The notes under the pieces were generated by a model, which saw only the letters and a program-made list of their open reading frames with translations, was not told where the DNA came from and did not search any database. A DNA stretch of 64,000 nucleotides from Geosiphon pyriformis uo1 (taxonomy: Eukaryota; Fungi; Glomeromycota): contig JAAOMT010000607.1 of NCBI GenBank assembly GCA_016748015.1, positions 558,001 to 622,000 on the forward strand, given 5' to 3'. The position numbers were made by a program, and so were the translations under genes. Positions 1 through 12,928 of this stretch are shown here, one piece after another. Positions within the stretch are counted from its first letter, which is position 1. Each line of letters opens with the position of its first letter.

Positions 1-490
1 AAAAAAGAAATAAAAGAAAATAATGAATAAGCCAAGATGGTTTTACAAGTTAGTATCCCATCAATAGCCGTGATCAAGAGCTATTGTTCCAGTGTGTTTA
101 AGTATCAATTACTATCAATATAAAGTGTTGATAGTAAAATTAGGTTTGAGGTACCAAATAGTTATTTATTGTGTTTTAAAGGTTGTCTAGATGAAATTTA
201 AACTGAGAGGTCTGTTTTTTCAGCTTTTTATACTACTGCTATATATACATAATTGAGATTCCTCAATTCCTTAATTCTTTACAACAGGAATCCTGGAATT
301 CCTGGAATCCTGCAATTCTTTTAAGAGGAATTCTGGAATTCTGGAATCCTGTAATTCCTCATGAGAATCCTATAATTCCTGGAATCCTGCAATTCCTGAG
401 AGGAATCCTGGAATTCCACATTTACTATGTTTACTTCTGATTGGCTAATAACTATGCTAATATATATTTTCTATAATTCTATGAGTAACA
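1..490 (-). mobile_element. Partial Ty3/Gypsy LTR (GGAATTCC-repeat type), U3 end at 490; element continues left of the window
   Basis: Same CAATAGC-TGATCA-GCTATTG hairpin, GGAATTCC/GGAATCCTG repeats, GATTGGCTAA CCAAT box and GAGTAACA terminus as the LTRs at 12929, 29877 and 60922. No PPT follows, so it is a 5' or solo LTR; flank is CCAT. Confidence 0.9.
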
Positions 491-2681
491 CCATTTAGAC
501 ATTAAATTTTTTGTTGATATTGTATTAAGAAAAACTATCTCTAATAAACAGTTTTTATACTTAATCTTGACAGTACTTTATCTTATTATTAGTTATAAAA
601 TCCAGTTTAATTTTGTTTTTAATAGTGTATATAACAAATAAAATACTATAATTTATAGAAACTTAAAATCAAAATTATGTTTGCTTTTGTATTTTTTATG
701 TAATACAATCTATTATTCTTTTTTATATAGCTTAAAAACTTTTAAACAAATATAAACTAAAGACAAGTTAACTTTTATGCTGTGTTTTTCTAATATGTAT
801 AGCATTTTAAGCCACTTGTTTAAACATAAATCTCTTAATTTATAAGTCTTAAACTGGTTTTTTTATTATTTTTTGTGCTTTTTGGTTTGTATTAAAGTTA
901 ATCTATTTAACAATTTTTTGGCAGATGTGGCTCATATTTTTTGTAAGTATAATTTATTTTTGGTTGATTTTTTGTATTTAGTATTTCACTTTTGAAATAG
1001 AACTTTAATGTTATTAGTCTTAAATAGATCTGTTTTTTTTGAGATTAATTTCTTATTTAAATGGTTTAATATTGTTTTTATTAAACAATTACATAATAAA
1101 AAAATGTAGTTTTTAATTAAAAAACTTTCAAATATTAGAAAAAATTGGACTTTTATGGTTTTGTTTCTGGTTGATTTGTCTTTTTTGTTAAGTTTTTGGC
1201 TAAATTAAATTTATGTTCTAATAGTTTATCTTTAGTTGTTGGGTTTTAGTTTTTGAGTATTTTTAGTTTTTGCAAATTTAATTTAGTTTATAGCTAACTG
1301 CTTGATACTAATGTAGTTTGTTTTTTTGTTTATATTAATAGATTTCTGAACAATCTAAGTATTATTAATATAAAGATTAATATTATAACTTTTTTTAAAA
1401 ATGTAAAATTGGATTTAAGAATTAGAATATTTGGTTTGGTTTTTTTACTATGATAAAATTGTAAGCTATTGTGTTTGCTTTGGAATATGTCCTCTTTTTT
1501 TGTATAATTGAGTTATTTTTTAATAGCCAAATGGTTTTAAATGCATATAAGTCAGAATTAAATTTAGTTTTATTAAATTTTTGCAATTATTGTTAAATTA
1601 AGTATCAGTATATTGTGAGCATTATTAAAAAAAAATTTAAGTATTAATTAACATAAAATTAGAAACCACTTAAGTATTTTAAACAATAAAAAAACTAATG
1701 TATTGGTTAATGCTATTTCTTTCTCAAATTTGGTGTTTTCTGTTTATATATAAAAGTAAGTTATTAAGACTAATAATAAAATAGTCTCAAAGAATATAAA
1801 ATGTTTTATTTGTAAAGTTTTTTAGACTGTCTATTATGTCTATTAAGAGATTAAATTTAAATCTAGAGTTTTAAAGAATAGTTTACTCAGAAATATGGAT
1901 TAGATTAAATTATTACTAGTATAATATCTTAATTCTTAATATTTGCTAAATTTACAAGCAAAACTAGAGCTAAAACATATTTTTACTTTATAAAAATTTT
2001 ATATATGGCTGTTCATAAACATTTATATAATAAATATTATTATAATATGATGTGTTTATTTTATAATAATATTGAATTTTTAAATCATGTTTTTTCTTAT
2101 AAAATAAATAATAATGTTTATAAAAAGCTATTGGATATTATACAGCTATTTGGAAAGCATTTTCTGGTTAGCTTAAGTTATTTTCATGTATTTTTTAATT
2201 GTTGTTTTTATGTTTTTCTAATATTATTATATATACAACTTTGTATAAAGAATTTGTTTTTAAAAAATAATTTTAAAAAACTGTTTTAATTTTTAAGAAT
2301 ACTAAAATTGCTGGTTATAAGATTGTAAACTTTATATGTAGTTTTAGATTAGCTTATAGAAATAACATCTGGTTTTTTTACTCCAAATATTAAGTTTTTA
2401 TAAAAAAAAGTGGTCTAATTCCATATAATTGAACTATTTTTATAAATGTTGTTAGTCTGTTATTTGTTTTTTTTAGTAATATGTATAAGTTATATTTATT
2501 TTTTTTAGGTATTAGAGAAATAGTTTCTGTTTATATAAATACTTAATATTATCTTAATTAACTTAAGTAACTGGTTATATATAGTTAAATACATAATTTA
2601 TACTTAGTTTAAATTATTTAATTTAATGTATTATATTAAACAATATTTGAACTTTATTTATTAAATATAATATAAAAAAAA
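491..2681 (+). mobile_element. Highly AT-eroded LINE remnant (RT C-terminus, RNase H, 3' UTR, polyA)
   Basis: Reads DIKFFVDIVLRKTISNKQFLY, matching DVRFFANLVLRKAISDKQFLY of the LINE at 11124-11483. The 3' UTR is homologous to 9029-9180 and ends in an A-run at ~2674-2681. Confidence 0.8.
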
Positions 2682-2879
2682 TAAGTTTTGTAAATTTTTT
2701 TAAATATAAAAATATTTATTGTTTTAATAAAAAGTTTTTGTGTTTAAGTTTTGGTTTAATAATGCTTTTAAAACTTTTAAATTGCAAATTAAGTAGTTTT
2801 AAAGTGGTAAAATTTGTTTATTATTTTGTTGTTTTTTATTAAAAAAAGTATAATTATTAAAATAAAATAATTTATTGTT

Positions 2880-4950
2880 TATAAAAAATATTATTAATAA
2901 TTTTAAAAGTAATAATAGCCAAATTGTCTTGTAATTTTCTTAGTAAAAGCATTATATTATTTTTTTTTATATAGTTTGAAATTATTCAAACAAATTTAGG
3001 TCAAGGAAAAATTAGTCTTAATAGTTGTTTTTTTAAATATTATAAGTATTTTTGAATGTTTTTTTAATTACAAATTTTTAGATTTGCAAGTTTTAAAGTG
3101 GACTTTGTTAAATTTTTTACAGTATTTTGTTAAGCTGCAAGTTAGTTTTGTAAACAACTTTTCAGTTAATGTAGCAAAAAATTTTTTAGTTAATAGTTGT
3201 TCTTATTAAACAATTTATCTAATATATTTTACAATTCTAACAAGCTTTTTATGTTCAATATCTTAAAAAATTTTTTATATGATAATTTTGTCTGCTCTTT
3301 AAAATAGTTTAGAATTATATTAAATAACAGATTTTTGGATAAAAAACAATATTATGAATTAAAAAACATTTTATCAGTAAAAAAAATTGGATTTAAATGA
3401 TTCTGTACTTTTGTAGTTTAAATTAACATTAGAGTTTCTGTATATAAAGAGTTTTTTAGTGCTTGGTTTTAGTTAAATTAATAAATTATATGGTTGAGTT
3501 TTTTGAATTTTAAAAAATTTGCTAATATGTAAGAAAAATTATATAAGATTTAATCAGATATTATTGAAATATATATTAATAAATTTTTAAAAAATATGAG
3601 TTTTGTTAAATTTATTTGTATAACTACTGCTTATTTTTTAGCTATTAATATAGATATAAATATTAAAGTTCAAAAACTCTTGTTTTTTACAATAGCTGAA
3701 TTACAAACTGTTATTTTGTTTTTAAAATATATTTTAGCTTTTTGTACAATAATTTTGTATTTAGATAATTAAACTGTTATTAATATTTGTATTTTTGGGT
3801 CTGATTTTATTATACTTAACTTTTAAGATTAATGTTAAATTAAAAGAAAATATATTACAAATTTGATTAAGAATAAGAATTTTTTAATTAAATAAATAAA
3901 AATTAAAAATTATTTAAGAATTCTAAGCAATAATAAGACAGATTTATTGATAAGTAAGACCACTTTTTTTCTTTTGTTTCTGTTAAATAGTGTGTATAAG
4001 CATTTTGTTGTGACTAAAAATATGATTGTATTTAATAATACTTATTATTTTGTTTGTAATATATATAGATTTGTTTGCTGTACTTACTGAGAAGTTAGTC
4101 TTAATTATAATATAATTTTTTATTTACTAATACAGAATGTAAACTGGTTACTAATTGTATATGTTTGACATTCTAATTTACATATGTTGTCTAAATTTAC
4201 TAATAAGAAATTAACTAATTTACATATATATTTAATAAAAGCTGTACACAGAAAACTTCCAGTTATAATTAAAAAAAAATTATATGATTAAGTTTATTTG
4301 GATGTTTTGTGCTTGTTGTATAATAAAATAAAACTGTCAAATTATATGTTTATTTGTTTAAAAAATATCAAAAAAACTTTTTAAACTGTAGATATTACTA
4401 GTAAATACTTATATTTGTTTATTTTTTGTTGTCTTGCATATTGTTTTTTTATGGTTGTTAAATATAAGCCTATATATTATTGTTTTTAAAAATTTTGTGT
4501 TAAAAGAATAGTTTTTAAAAATGGCTAAAATTTTAGAAGATAAAAAAACTGTCTTAATTGTAATGAATTTTATGAATCATTTAATTGAATTATATTGTTC
4601 AAAGATTTGACTTGTTAGATTAAATACAAAACAGATATAGAAAAAGCCAGACTAGTCAAAAATATTGGTTTAATACTTGATTTATTATGTAAAATAGTAA
4701 TTAAACTTTTAAATAGCATATAATTAAATCTTTTGTAATTAATTTTAATAAGTACAAACTGTGCTTTTTTTCCAGAATTGGATGATAAGATTAAAATTTA
4801 TATAAGTTTATAGTATAATTTTGTCTAATCTAAGTGGTTAGTTATATATAATAAGAGCATAAATTGTATTTAGTTTGAACTACTTAGTTTGATTCTATAT
4901 ATTAAGTAGTAATTAGACTTTATTTGTAAAATAAATAAATAAAAAATAAA
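2880..4950 (+). mobile_element. Second AT-eroded LINE 3' remnant of the same family (start approximate)
   Basis: Reads LDLQVLKWTLLNFLQYFVKLQVSFVNNF vs LDLQVLSWSLIHLLCYLIRLCISSVNNF (10713-10997), and AELQTVILF (RNase H). Homologous 3' UTR with an A-rich tail. Confidence 0.75.
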
Positions 4951-5541
4951 ATATATTAATATTAATATATTATTTGTTTTTTGTTTTTTGATTTAAATTT
5001 GTTTATTTGATTTTTGTTGGATTTTATAATTAAGTAAAATTTTTTAATGTAATTAACTTTGTTAATTATTATTTAATATGTAATAAATTAGATATTTTTG
5101 TTAATATTATGTAATATAATTTTAATTAATTTAAGTAACTAATTATATTTAAAAAATACATAAATTGTGATTATTTGTAAATTTTTGAATTTTATGTTAT
5201 AATTAATAATTTGATTATATTTTATTAAAACAATAAAAAAAATTTTATTTAACTTAAATATAAACACAATTTAAATAATTTTTTTACTATGTTAATTTTT
5301 TTAATTAATATTAATTATGAAATTTTTGAATAATCCCATTTTTGGGTTTAATAAAATTATTGTTAATTTGTTTTTTTAAAATATTCAATATTTTTAACCA
5401 ACTTAAAAAGTTTACTTTTGACAATAATTTTTGTAATTGGGTTTTTCTTGTTAATATTGTTATTAAAAAAAAACCTTTGAGCAAACAAGTTTGAATTTTA
5501 AACTTGGACAGTATAAAAAAACTCAATAGTAAATAAAGTAC

Positions 5542-5629
5542 CCGAGCCGAGTTGGGTTTTTTTAATAAAACTCGACTCGAGCTCGAGCCTAAAAAAAGCT
5601 CGACTCGGCTCGGCTCCTCCGGAGCCCTA
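5542..5629. mobile_element. Probable terminus of a hAT-like DNA transposon/MITE (TIR plus subterminal CTCGA/CCGAG repeats)
   Basis: Ends ...GGAGCCCTA (TAGGG on the minus strand, typical of hAT TIRs) and is preceded by clustered CTCGA/CCGAG pentamers. The other end is not recognisable. Confidence 0.5.
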
Positions 5630-5757
5630 AATAAAAGAGAAGAATGGCTTCTTTTCGTTTGCCAATTAAAAGATCAATTTGAATTATTAAGTATTACATA
5701 TCAATTATAAATTTTAAACAACTTAAACTCTTTCTCTTCTAAAAACTCACTGAAGAA

Positions 5758-6790
5758 ATGTCCGAATCAGAGCAATTACCTATTCATCCAACAACGCCAC
5801 CACCATTACCACCACCACCACCACCACCACCACCACTACTACTACCAACACTGCCGTCACCATACGAAATAACCAAAATAGGGCAAACTGAGCCCAGCAT
5901 ATCAGCCCTTGAACAACGGGTAAAAGAAAAATTATTCACCCCTCCAAATTCACCTTCTCTTGCTGTTGTTGCTTCCACTACTACTCCTCCGTATCGAATA
6001 CCACAAGCAAATCGTGATCAAGGTTCACCAAGTGGAGGGTATAACAATGGGCGGAATGATTTTTTAGGTGGTGGTCAAGTTTCACGGAGATACTATAATA
6101 ATCAGCCTCAAAGAGGTTTTAGTAATTATTCTCCCGGTGGTAGTAATTATTCTCCTGGCGGTAGTAATTATTCTCCTGGTGGTAGTAATTATTCTCCCGG
6201 CCGTAATAATTATAATAATTACAATAATAATTCTTATAGTCCGACTTCTAGAACATGGAATAATAACGTGAGAATTTTTTCAATATTTTTACTATGATTT
6301 TGAGTCTGGGATGGATGATACCTGGTCAAGAATTATCTTTATTGGCAAATATGGTTGGTATAATCATCATCCATCTCAAATTCTACTCATTTCTTTTCAA
6401 TCCTTCTCTCTTAAGAAAAACCATCCGTTTCCCTTAAATAAATTTTTATTTTTAAACATGTTTGCATAGTATCGTCCATACGGCAGCTATACCAATTATC
6501 GAGGACGTGGAAGAGGAGGCGGAGGATACTATTCAAATAGTATATTAATGAATAACATCAAAATTACCTCCCATCAAAATGAATCAAAAGATTATGATCC
6601 CAATGATTTTTTCAAAAAATCAATGCTATTCGATCCTTGGGCCAATTTGTTTTATCCTGATAACCATTATTATAATGGTACACAATCCGACAATCGAACC
6701 GACATGAAAGTAAATACAACAAATGTTTCAATCATAAATAACCAAGGCCCTAGTATGTTGCAATCGCAACAAGAACCCCTCGAAGAATGA
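5758..6790 (+). CDS. MPLKIP/TTDN1 (SICKLE)-motif low-complexity protein, 276 aa; exons 5758-6267 and 6470-6790
   Basis: A phase-0 intron GTGAGA(6268)..TTTGCATAG(6469) joins the two ORFs in frame (..WNNN|YRPYGSY..RGRGRGGG..). Pro-rich N-terminus, YSPGG repeats, RGG box, and C-terminal FFKKSMLFDPWANL matching the MPLKIP motif YFKPSMLEDPWAGL. CpG-rich. Confidence 0.8.
6121..6204 (+). repeat. Four tandem 21-bp coding repeats (SNYSPGG)
   Basis: AGTAATTATTCTCCyGGyGGT x4, in frame. Confidence 0.9.
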
Positions 6791-6887
6791 TTATTTCCGT
6801 CATTGAAGGTGTATGGTTTTATGGATTAATACGAACTTAATTTATAAAGTTTTGCTATTCTTATCCCCAAGGAAAATTCGACTACTA

Positions 6888-7967
6888 TTATTTCTTCCCG
6901 AATAAGAATCCATATGGATCCTTATTCAATCCATTATCTTTGTACTTGATATCCTGAACATATTCTGTTTTGAAACCTGGTGGTAGTGGTGGCGGCTCTA
7001 TTGTTTTGACCAGCAACAAAGCAGCAGCGGCCTGGAAGAAATCAATCAGAAAAAAATCTTTAAAAAAATTTCATTAACTGGACAAATCTCAGCTTACCTG
7101 CGCCACACCAAAGAAAAACACTCCAATAATAGGGAGCTTTATAAAAAAATAAAAACCAATCGAAAATCCGAACAGGATCGCTTCTCTCTGCAAACCAACG
7201 TCTTTTCATCTCATGATCAAATTGTAGCCGCGCGAAATACGGTTCCAATAATTCACGCGTTAACTTACGTGAACCAAATAATGTCTCAAGGAATAAAATT
7301 GCCAACGTTTTTGTTCCCGGTATCATATATATTAGGATACCAATTGTCGTGGCGGAGGTTAGTCCCAAAGAGCTGACTAAAGCGTATCCACTTGCTAATG
7401 GGTAAACAAATGTCCCAAGAATCGGGATAAATGAACACAGATGCAATAGTGCAGTCCATTTTAAATCCCGGAAAGTTCGTTCAAAGTATGCTTTCATTGC
7501 TTTGTCATAATGTATGGATACGTTGTATTTTTCTAGAGCGGTTGCGTATGGTGGTCGTAATTCTATGATTTTACCATCCGCCTGAATGTTTATTGATATA
7601 GACTAAATCAATTTCTCGGAGTGATTCAATGAACAATGAGTCTAGTGGTTGTGGATACACATCTCATAAAAAGTAAACCAAGAAACGGTAAATTGAAACC
7701 CAATTACTAAGAAAAGAGTTATTTTTCGAGGTGAAATGTTGAAAACCACGACCAAAGATAAATGAAATTATTAAGACAAATAGACGAAGAATGTAGAAAG
7801 GGAGTAAAACTATTATGGTTAGCATATATAAAATGACTGAAACTGCTGCTAGCCCAAAAAAAATGCAAACGTAAGAGTGCTTGTAGAAACGACGGTTTTC
7901 AAAAACAAGGAGAGCCTTGCCAGGCTAATTCCATCCCTCGTGTTACTTTTGCTATTGACCAGGTCAT
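6888..7967 (-). CDS. UsgS-like fungal transmembrane protein (intron 7032-7097); ~5 frameshifts as assembled (assembly errors or young pseudogene)
   Basis: Reconstructed MTWSIAKVTRGMELAWQG..LPFLGLLFMR.VYPQPLDSLFIESL..SRKLTRELLEPYFARLQFDHEMKRRWF..REAILFGFSIGFYFFIKLPIIGVFFFGVAQ|AAAALLLVKTIEPPPLPP..KK*. GTAAG..TTCCAG intron. The RELLEPYF / RE.ILFGF / PPP motifs are recalled from the UsgS family. Confidence 0.7.
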
Positions 7968-8029
7968 TTTTTAGTAAGTACGCAATTGAACACTTTTATT
8001 AAAATCCAGATACTATATTATATTCCAGA

Positions 8030-8525
8030 TACTAAACCAGTTTATTAAGAGACTGCAAAATAGTATTTTATAGTAGATATATTTATGCAGACCAATAATT
8101 TTGAATTGGCTGAACTTAAATTTAGTAATAAATAAAACATCTGAATTGAATACCAAATTGATGCAATTTGGCAAATTTATAAAGATACTTAGCTAATAAT
8201 CAAACTACTATTATAAGTAGATATATAATTTAATAGTTTGTAAATTGGTGTTGTAATTTGGTAGTAAAATCTAAAAATTTTGAATTGACCAAAACAGAAA
8301 AATGTTATTTGCTTTAATTAGAATAACTGGAAAAAATAAATTTAAAAAACTTGAACTTATTACAAAAAATATAACTTAAAGTAATACTTAATTAATACAC
8401 TAATGTATTTGCTAGTAAAAATAAGTTTGAAAAAACCAATATTATTTAATATCAAATTAAAACAAAAATATTATGTTAATTAAAAAACTTATTAAATATT
8501 ATTAGCAAGTCATAAAATTAATAAA
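8030..8525 (+). mobile_element. Very old, internally deleted Gypsy remnant (gag plus pre-RT fragments) of the dUTPase family
   Basis: Remnants QFIKRLQNSIL..SELNTKL and NVFASKNKFEKTNII match QFIRGLHSSIL..SELDSKL and NIFASENKFGRTDII. Confidence 0.6.
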
Positions 8526-9028
8526 TTAAAAGAAAAAAAGATAAGCTTAACTTTAAGATTAGTTTAATTATTTTTGATTTTATTAATAATTACAAATTAA
8601 TTAACTTATTAATAAACCTCTATAATATTCCTTACTTAAATAATTTTAAGGTTATTAAAGTTAAAATAAACATTATAATTATATTGATATTATTCAAATT
8701 TATTATAGTTACTTAAACAAAACTAAAACAATAGCTCTTAATTATAACTATTAACAAAATACTAATTAATTACTATATTATTTTGTTAATTGTATTTGTT
8801 TGAGTTACTAATTAATTATAAAAAAACACTAGAATTATAATATCAAAAATTGTTTAATAAAAAACACCAAAAAAAAGTGTAAATATAATTAAAAAACTAG
8901 AATTGTTTATTAAAAGAATATAAATATTAAAATAAACCAATTACCAAACTAAAAAAATTATCAAAGTTATTATTAATTGCTATTAAGTAAATTTTTGTTT
9001 ATTATACAAAAAACTTTAATACAAAATC

Positions 9029-11501
9029 TTTTTTTTTTATTGTTTAATAAATGAGACCCAAATACCATTTAGCACAATATATCAAACTAAGTAATCTAAA
9101 CTAGGTGCAAATTATGTACTTTCTACATGTAACTAGCCACTCAGCCCAATCAGAGCAATACTATAAATCTAACAGAACAGACATTACATTATATATGTTA
9201 GCAAAAAAACAACAATGTTTGTGAAAACCAAAACAGACATCAAGAGCCTCAGCAATCCCAAATAACTTTATGATCTCAGCCAAGAACAAACATAACAAAC
9301 CATGGATTACAGAAAAAGCAGAAACATCATGGAAAATCAAACCACCCTTCTTCATAAAAATCCTGTATTTAGCCTTAACCAACCAAATCTCAGCACAGTG
9401 AGCAGCACCCAAATCTCGAACAAAATTAACCATAAAATTTTTTACAGACTTAGTATTATCAAAAATGGACAAGGCTTTTAGAAACCACTCCTTAAACAAG
9501 AAGCCTTTGCTTACAGTAATATACAATACATCATCAGAAGCACACAATAAAAGCATCTACAAGACCTGAAAAAAAAAATCCAAACTGGACACAACACACC
9601 AATCAGCCAGATAAGATGTAAGCAGGTTTTTATAAATACCAGAGTTGAATGAACACACAAATGAATGATTGGAACTTTTTACCTCTCTACAATGAAGACA
9701 CAAAACACTTGGATAGGTTCTATCATACAAACACTTTCACACAGCAATCAGCAGATGGTAGTAAAGCATCTTTAAAAAATATGAATGCAAATTAGCCATA
9801 GACTTACAAATAAATCCAGTTGTCATGTACAAGTTGGGGTGTCAAACTGAAACAGTGTGAATTCAATCCACATTACCAACCAAGTTTTTGTCAAACAACA
9901 TCAGAACCAGACCTAACTTCCTAATAGACATGATTCACAGATCTGAAAACTTTATAAACAATATGTTGAATGTTACCAGATACTGCCACCCCACCAGTCT
10001 TAATGTACTTTTTCTTTATCAAAACAGAGAGCACCAAATCAGAACCAGCAGTCAAACCAGCTAACACATCAGCATGCTCATTACCCAAAACACCCAAATG
10101 TTTCTTAATTTTACATCAAAAAACATTAAGCCTCTTTTTTCTAATAGAATTAACAATACCACACCACTCCATTCAACAATGGTTATAGAAGTTCGGAGAA
10201 GCCAAAGCCAATTCAGCAACACAAGCATTTAGAACAGCCTAATTGTTCAAATAAATCACAACAGAACTGTTAAGAAGAACACACTCTAAAGCCAGAACAA
10301 TTGCCTGCAATTCTGCCATAGTGGAGGATACCAATCCACCAACACCAATGCCAATGCCCAGATCCAAATCAAAAAAATATGTAGCTGCCTTACACTTTAT
10401 CTCACAGGAATCCAAATTTCTCAAAGATTTATCTGTGTAAACATTAATAATGTTTAGATCAATAGCAGAAAGACACTGCTCCAATCTGGAAACTCCATCC
10501 AAATTACAAACATTTAGAGACTGCAAACCAATAACATACAACACATTAAAAGAAGAAGATTGAGCCAGAAAGTTTTGAGCCAAACTGAACCAACAAAAAA
10601 TGGGGCCCCTCAAATCAAGCCTGTTCGAATGACAAAAGCTTTTTTAATTAAAAATTAAACCCTTTTTGGTATACAGTTGTTTAACAAAAGCAACTCCAAA
10701 TCTTTTGAGTGATCATAAAACATTATAAAACAATAAGCCCTCTAGAATTGTAGACATTGGCATTCTACCAGTGAAACAGAATGCAATAAGAGAAAAGTTG
10801 TCAAGAAATATATTACAATCCAAAAAAATTTTAACAACATCAGCCAAAAAATTATTGACTGAACTAATGCATAGTCTAATTAGATAACATAAAAGATGAA
10901 TGAGTGACCAACTTAAAACTTGCAGGTCCAAAGATCTATGATTAAACAGATAACCAAAAATTCCACCAGCATTCAAAAAATTTAGCACAAAAGTCAATTT
11001 GAACTTGGATTACAACTGCTCAAAAGATATCAAGCCATACAGAGATGGATGATAAAAAGCCTCATTTGAAAAATCTCTAGGTAGCTCAGTCTTAAGTTAT
11101 AAACTCTTTCTAATCAATGTATTCTATTTAACACATACACTTTTAAAAACGAAATTAAACTGCATTCTATAACTGATAATGGGTTGTAATACTGCTGACA
11201 CCAGATAAAGGAACTGCTTGTCTGAAATAGCCTTTCTCAAAACCAAATTGGCAAAGAACCTGACATCTGAATAAGTCTTAGCCAGACTAGGTAAAAACAA
11301 TTCCTTAGATAACAAATAGATACCAAGATATCTATGAGACTCCTTCTTATGAGCAACTGAAATTGGCAAACCATTTATTAACAATAAAACATTACTAATC
11401 CTCTGATTGATAGAGATGGCCACAGTCTTTTTGTTATTAATAGAGATATCATTTACCTTGAAAAATTCACTAGCAATGTCCAAGATATACTGAGTAGCTG
11501 C
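9029..11501 (-). mobile_element. LINE, 3' segment (RT C-terminus, RNase H, C-terminal Cys/His motif, 3' UTR, polyA)
   Basis: Motifs HRYLGIYL (RT), VYTDKSL..AELQAIVLALE (RNase H) and CLHC..H...C. polyA at 9029-9038. Continues after TSD CTGC at 51096. Confidence 0.9.
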
Positions 11502-12425
11502 TGTTACAGGTGATTATTTGGGATCTCAAATCAAATAACAAAACCCATAACTTGGTGCTCAAAAGCTATTTATGACAATGGTAATTTTGATGAGTTACTT
11601 TATTTAAAAGTTTTATTAATTTGAAGATTTTGTTAATGAGTTCTTTGTATAATGGACAGAGATTCCATATGATCAGTATTGTCTCAAGTGTTTCTCAATT
11701 TCTGTTTTTAGCATGGTGGCCAGTTTATTCTGACAGTTGTGCCCTTCTGATAAGCTATCCATTAATATATATATATGATTTTACTCTTATTTCTGGGTCT
11801 TTTACCAGACTATCTATGATGTCAAATACTCAGCATTTTAATCTCTAATCAATTAGTATATAACAATAAAATCAAAGAAAAGAAATAAAAGAAATAAAGA
11901 AAAAAAAATAAGCCAAGACATTAGTAGGTATCTCATCAATAGCTGTGATCAAGAGCTATTGTTCCAATGTGGTTAAGTGTTAATGATTATCAACATAAAG
12001 TGTTGATAGTGGAGAGTAAATTTGGAATGGTAAATATTTATTTATTAATATTTTGATGTGAAAGATCACTTAGATTAAATCTAAATTGAAAAGTCTCTAA
12101 CTAAAAAATTCTGTTTTTTTCTACTTCTAATCCTATCACTATATATAAATAATTGATGTTCTACAAGATTGCTTATATTTCTGAGCGCTGTGTTATGATT
12201 TCTTGAGCAATGCTTACATTGTTAAGCAATGTGCCTTAATTTTCTAATATTGCTCCACATTGCTGAGCAATATGCTATGCTTTCTGTCATTGCTTCACAT
12301 TGCTGAGCAATGTGCCATAATTTCTGTCATTACTCTATATTGCTAAGCAATATGCTTATGTGCTAAATACTATTCACTTATTGGTCTACTATTTTTCTAT
12401 ATCTGTTTTCTTTTTATGAGTAACA
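11502..12425 (-). repeat. 3' LTR of element A
   Basis: TGTTACA..GTAACA termini; adjacent PPT. Confidence 0.93.
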
Positions 12426-12438
12426 TTATCTTCTCCTT

Positions 12439-12928
12439 TTAATATTGAGCTCCATCAAAATCTTCATTTTGAATTAGCTTTAATACTTTTTTTTCAAGTA
12501 GCATCTGTTCCATTCTATTTTTTATTTCTTCAATTTGTGAGTTGTTCATTCTTCCCCACTGGTTGATGGTTATTGTTTCCATGTCAGAGTGTAACAATAC
12601 TTCTGGATAGTTTTGAAATATGTTGTATAGTCGGTAAATTGTTCTAATATATAGTGTTAGGTTTGTTTTCTTTCCGATAATTTCTTCAATTTGTTGTATT
12701 ATGTTTTGGTTGAATATTTTCTTGGATTTGTCGATATACAACTCTTGAATATTCAACTTTTGACCTAACTAATAGTAGCAGTATGATATTGAAAGTTGTA
12801 CTGTCTATTGATTCCAATTTTTTTTTGTAAGCTCTTCTGTTGGTGTTATAATTGGTATTTTCCCAAAAGTGTTCTTCACTTTTTCTATTAAGTTATCTGT
12901 CCAGTTTTTATCATTCTTTGTTGAATGC
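12439..12928 (-). pseudogene. Element A ORF3, C-terminal part (N-terminal part 42283-42428, split by element B)
   Basis: Ends ..DFDGAQY* at the PPT like ORF3 of B/B'/D. Start AAAAATGGAAAT at 42428. Confidence 0.8.

Noticed and set aside
2005-2289. AT-rich ORF (also 5311-5526)
   Set aside because: Chance-open piece of eroded TE sequence, not a host gene.
6121-6250. YSP heptads resembling the RNA polymerase II CTD
   Set aside because: The unit is SNYSPGG with a single YSPTS, and no polymerase domains are present.
6068-6271. Hydrophobic ORF (VVIIL repeats) and antisense ORF 5784-5978
   Set aside because: Alternative frames of the repeats and poly-Pro tract in gene 5758-6790.
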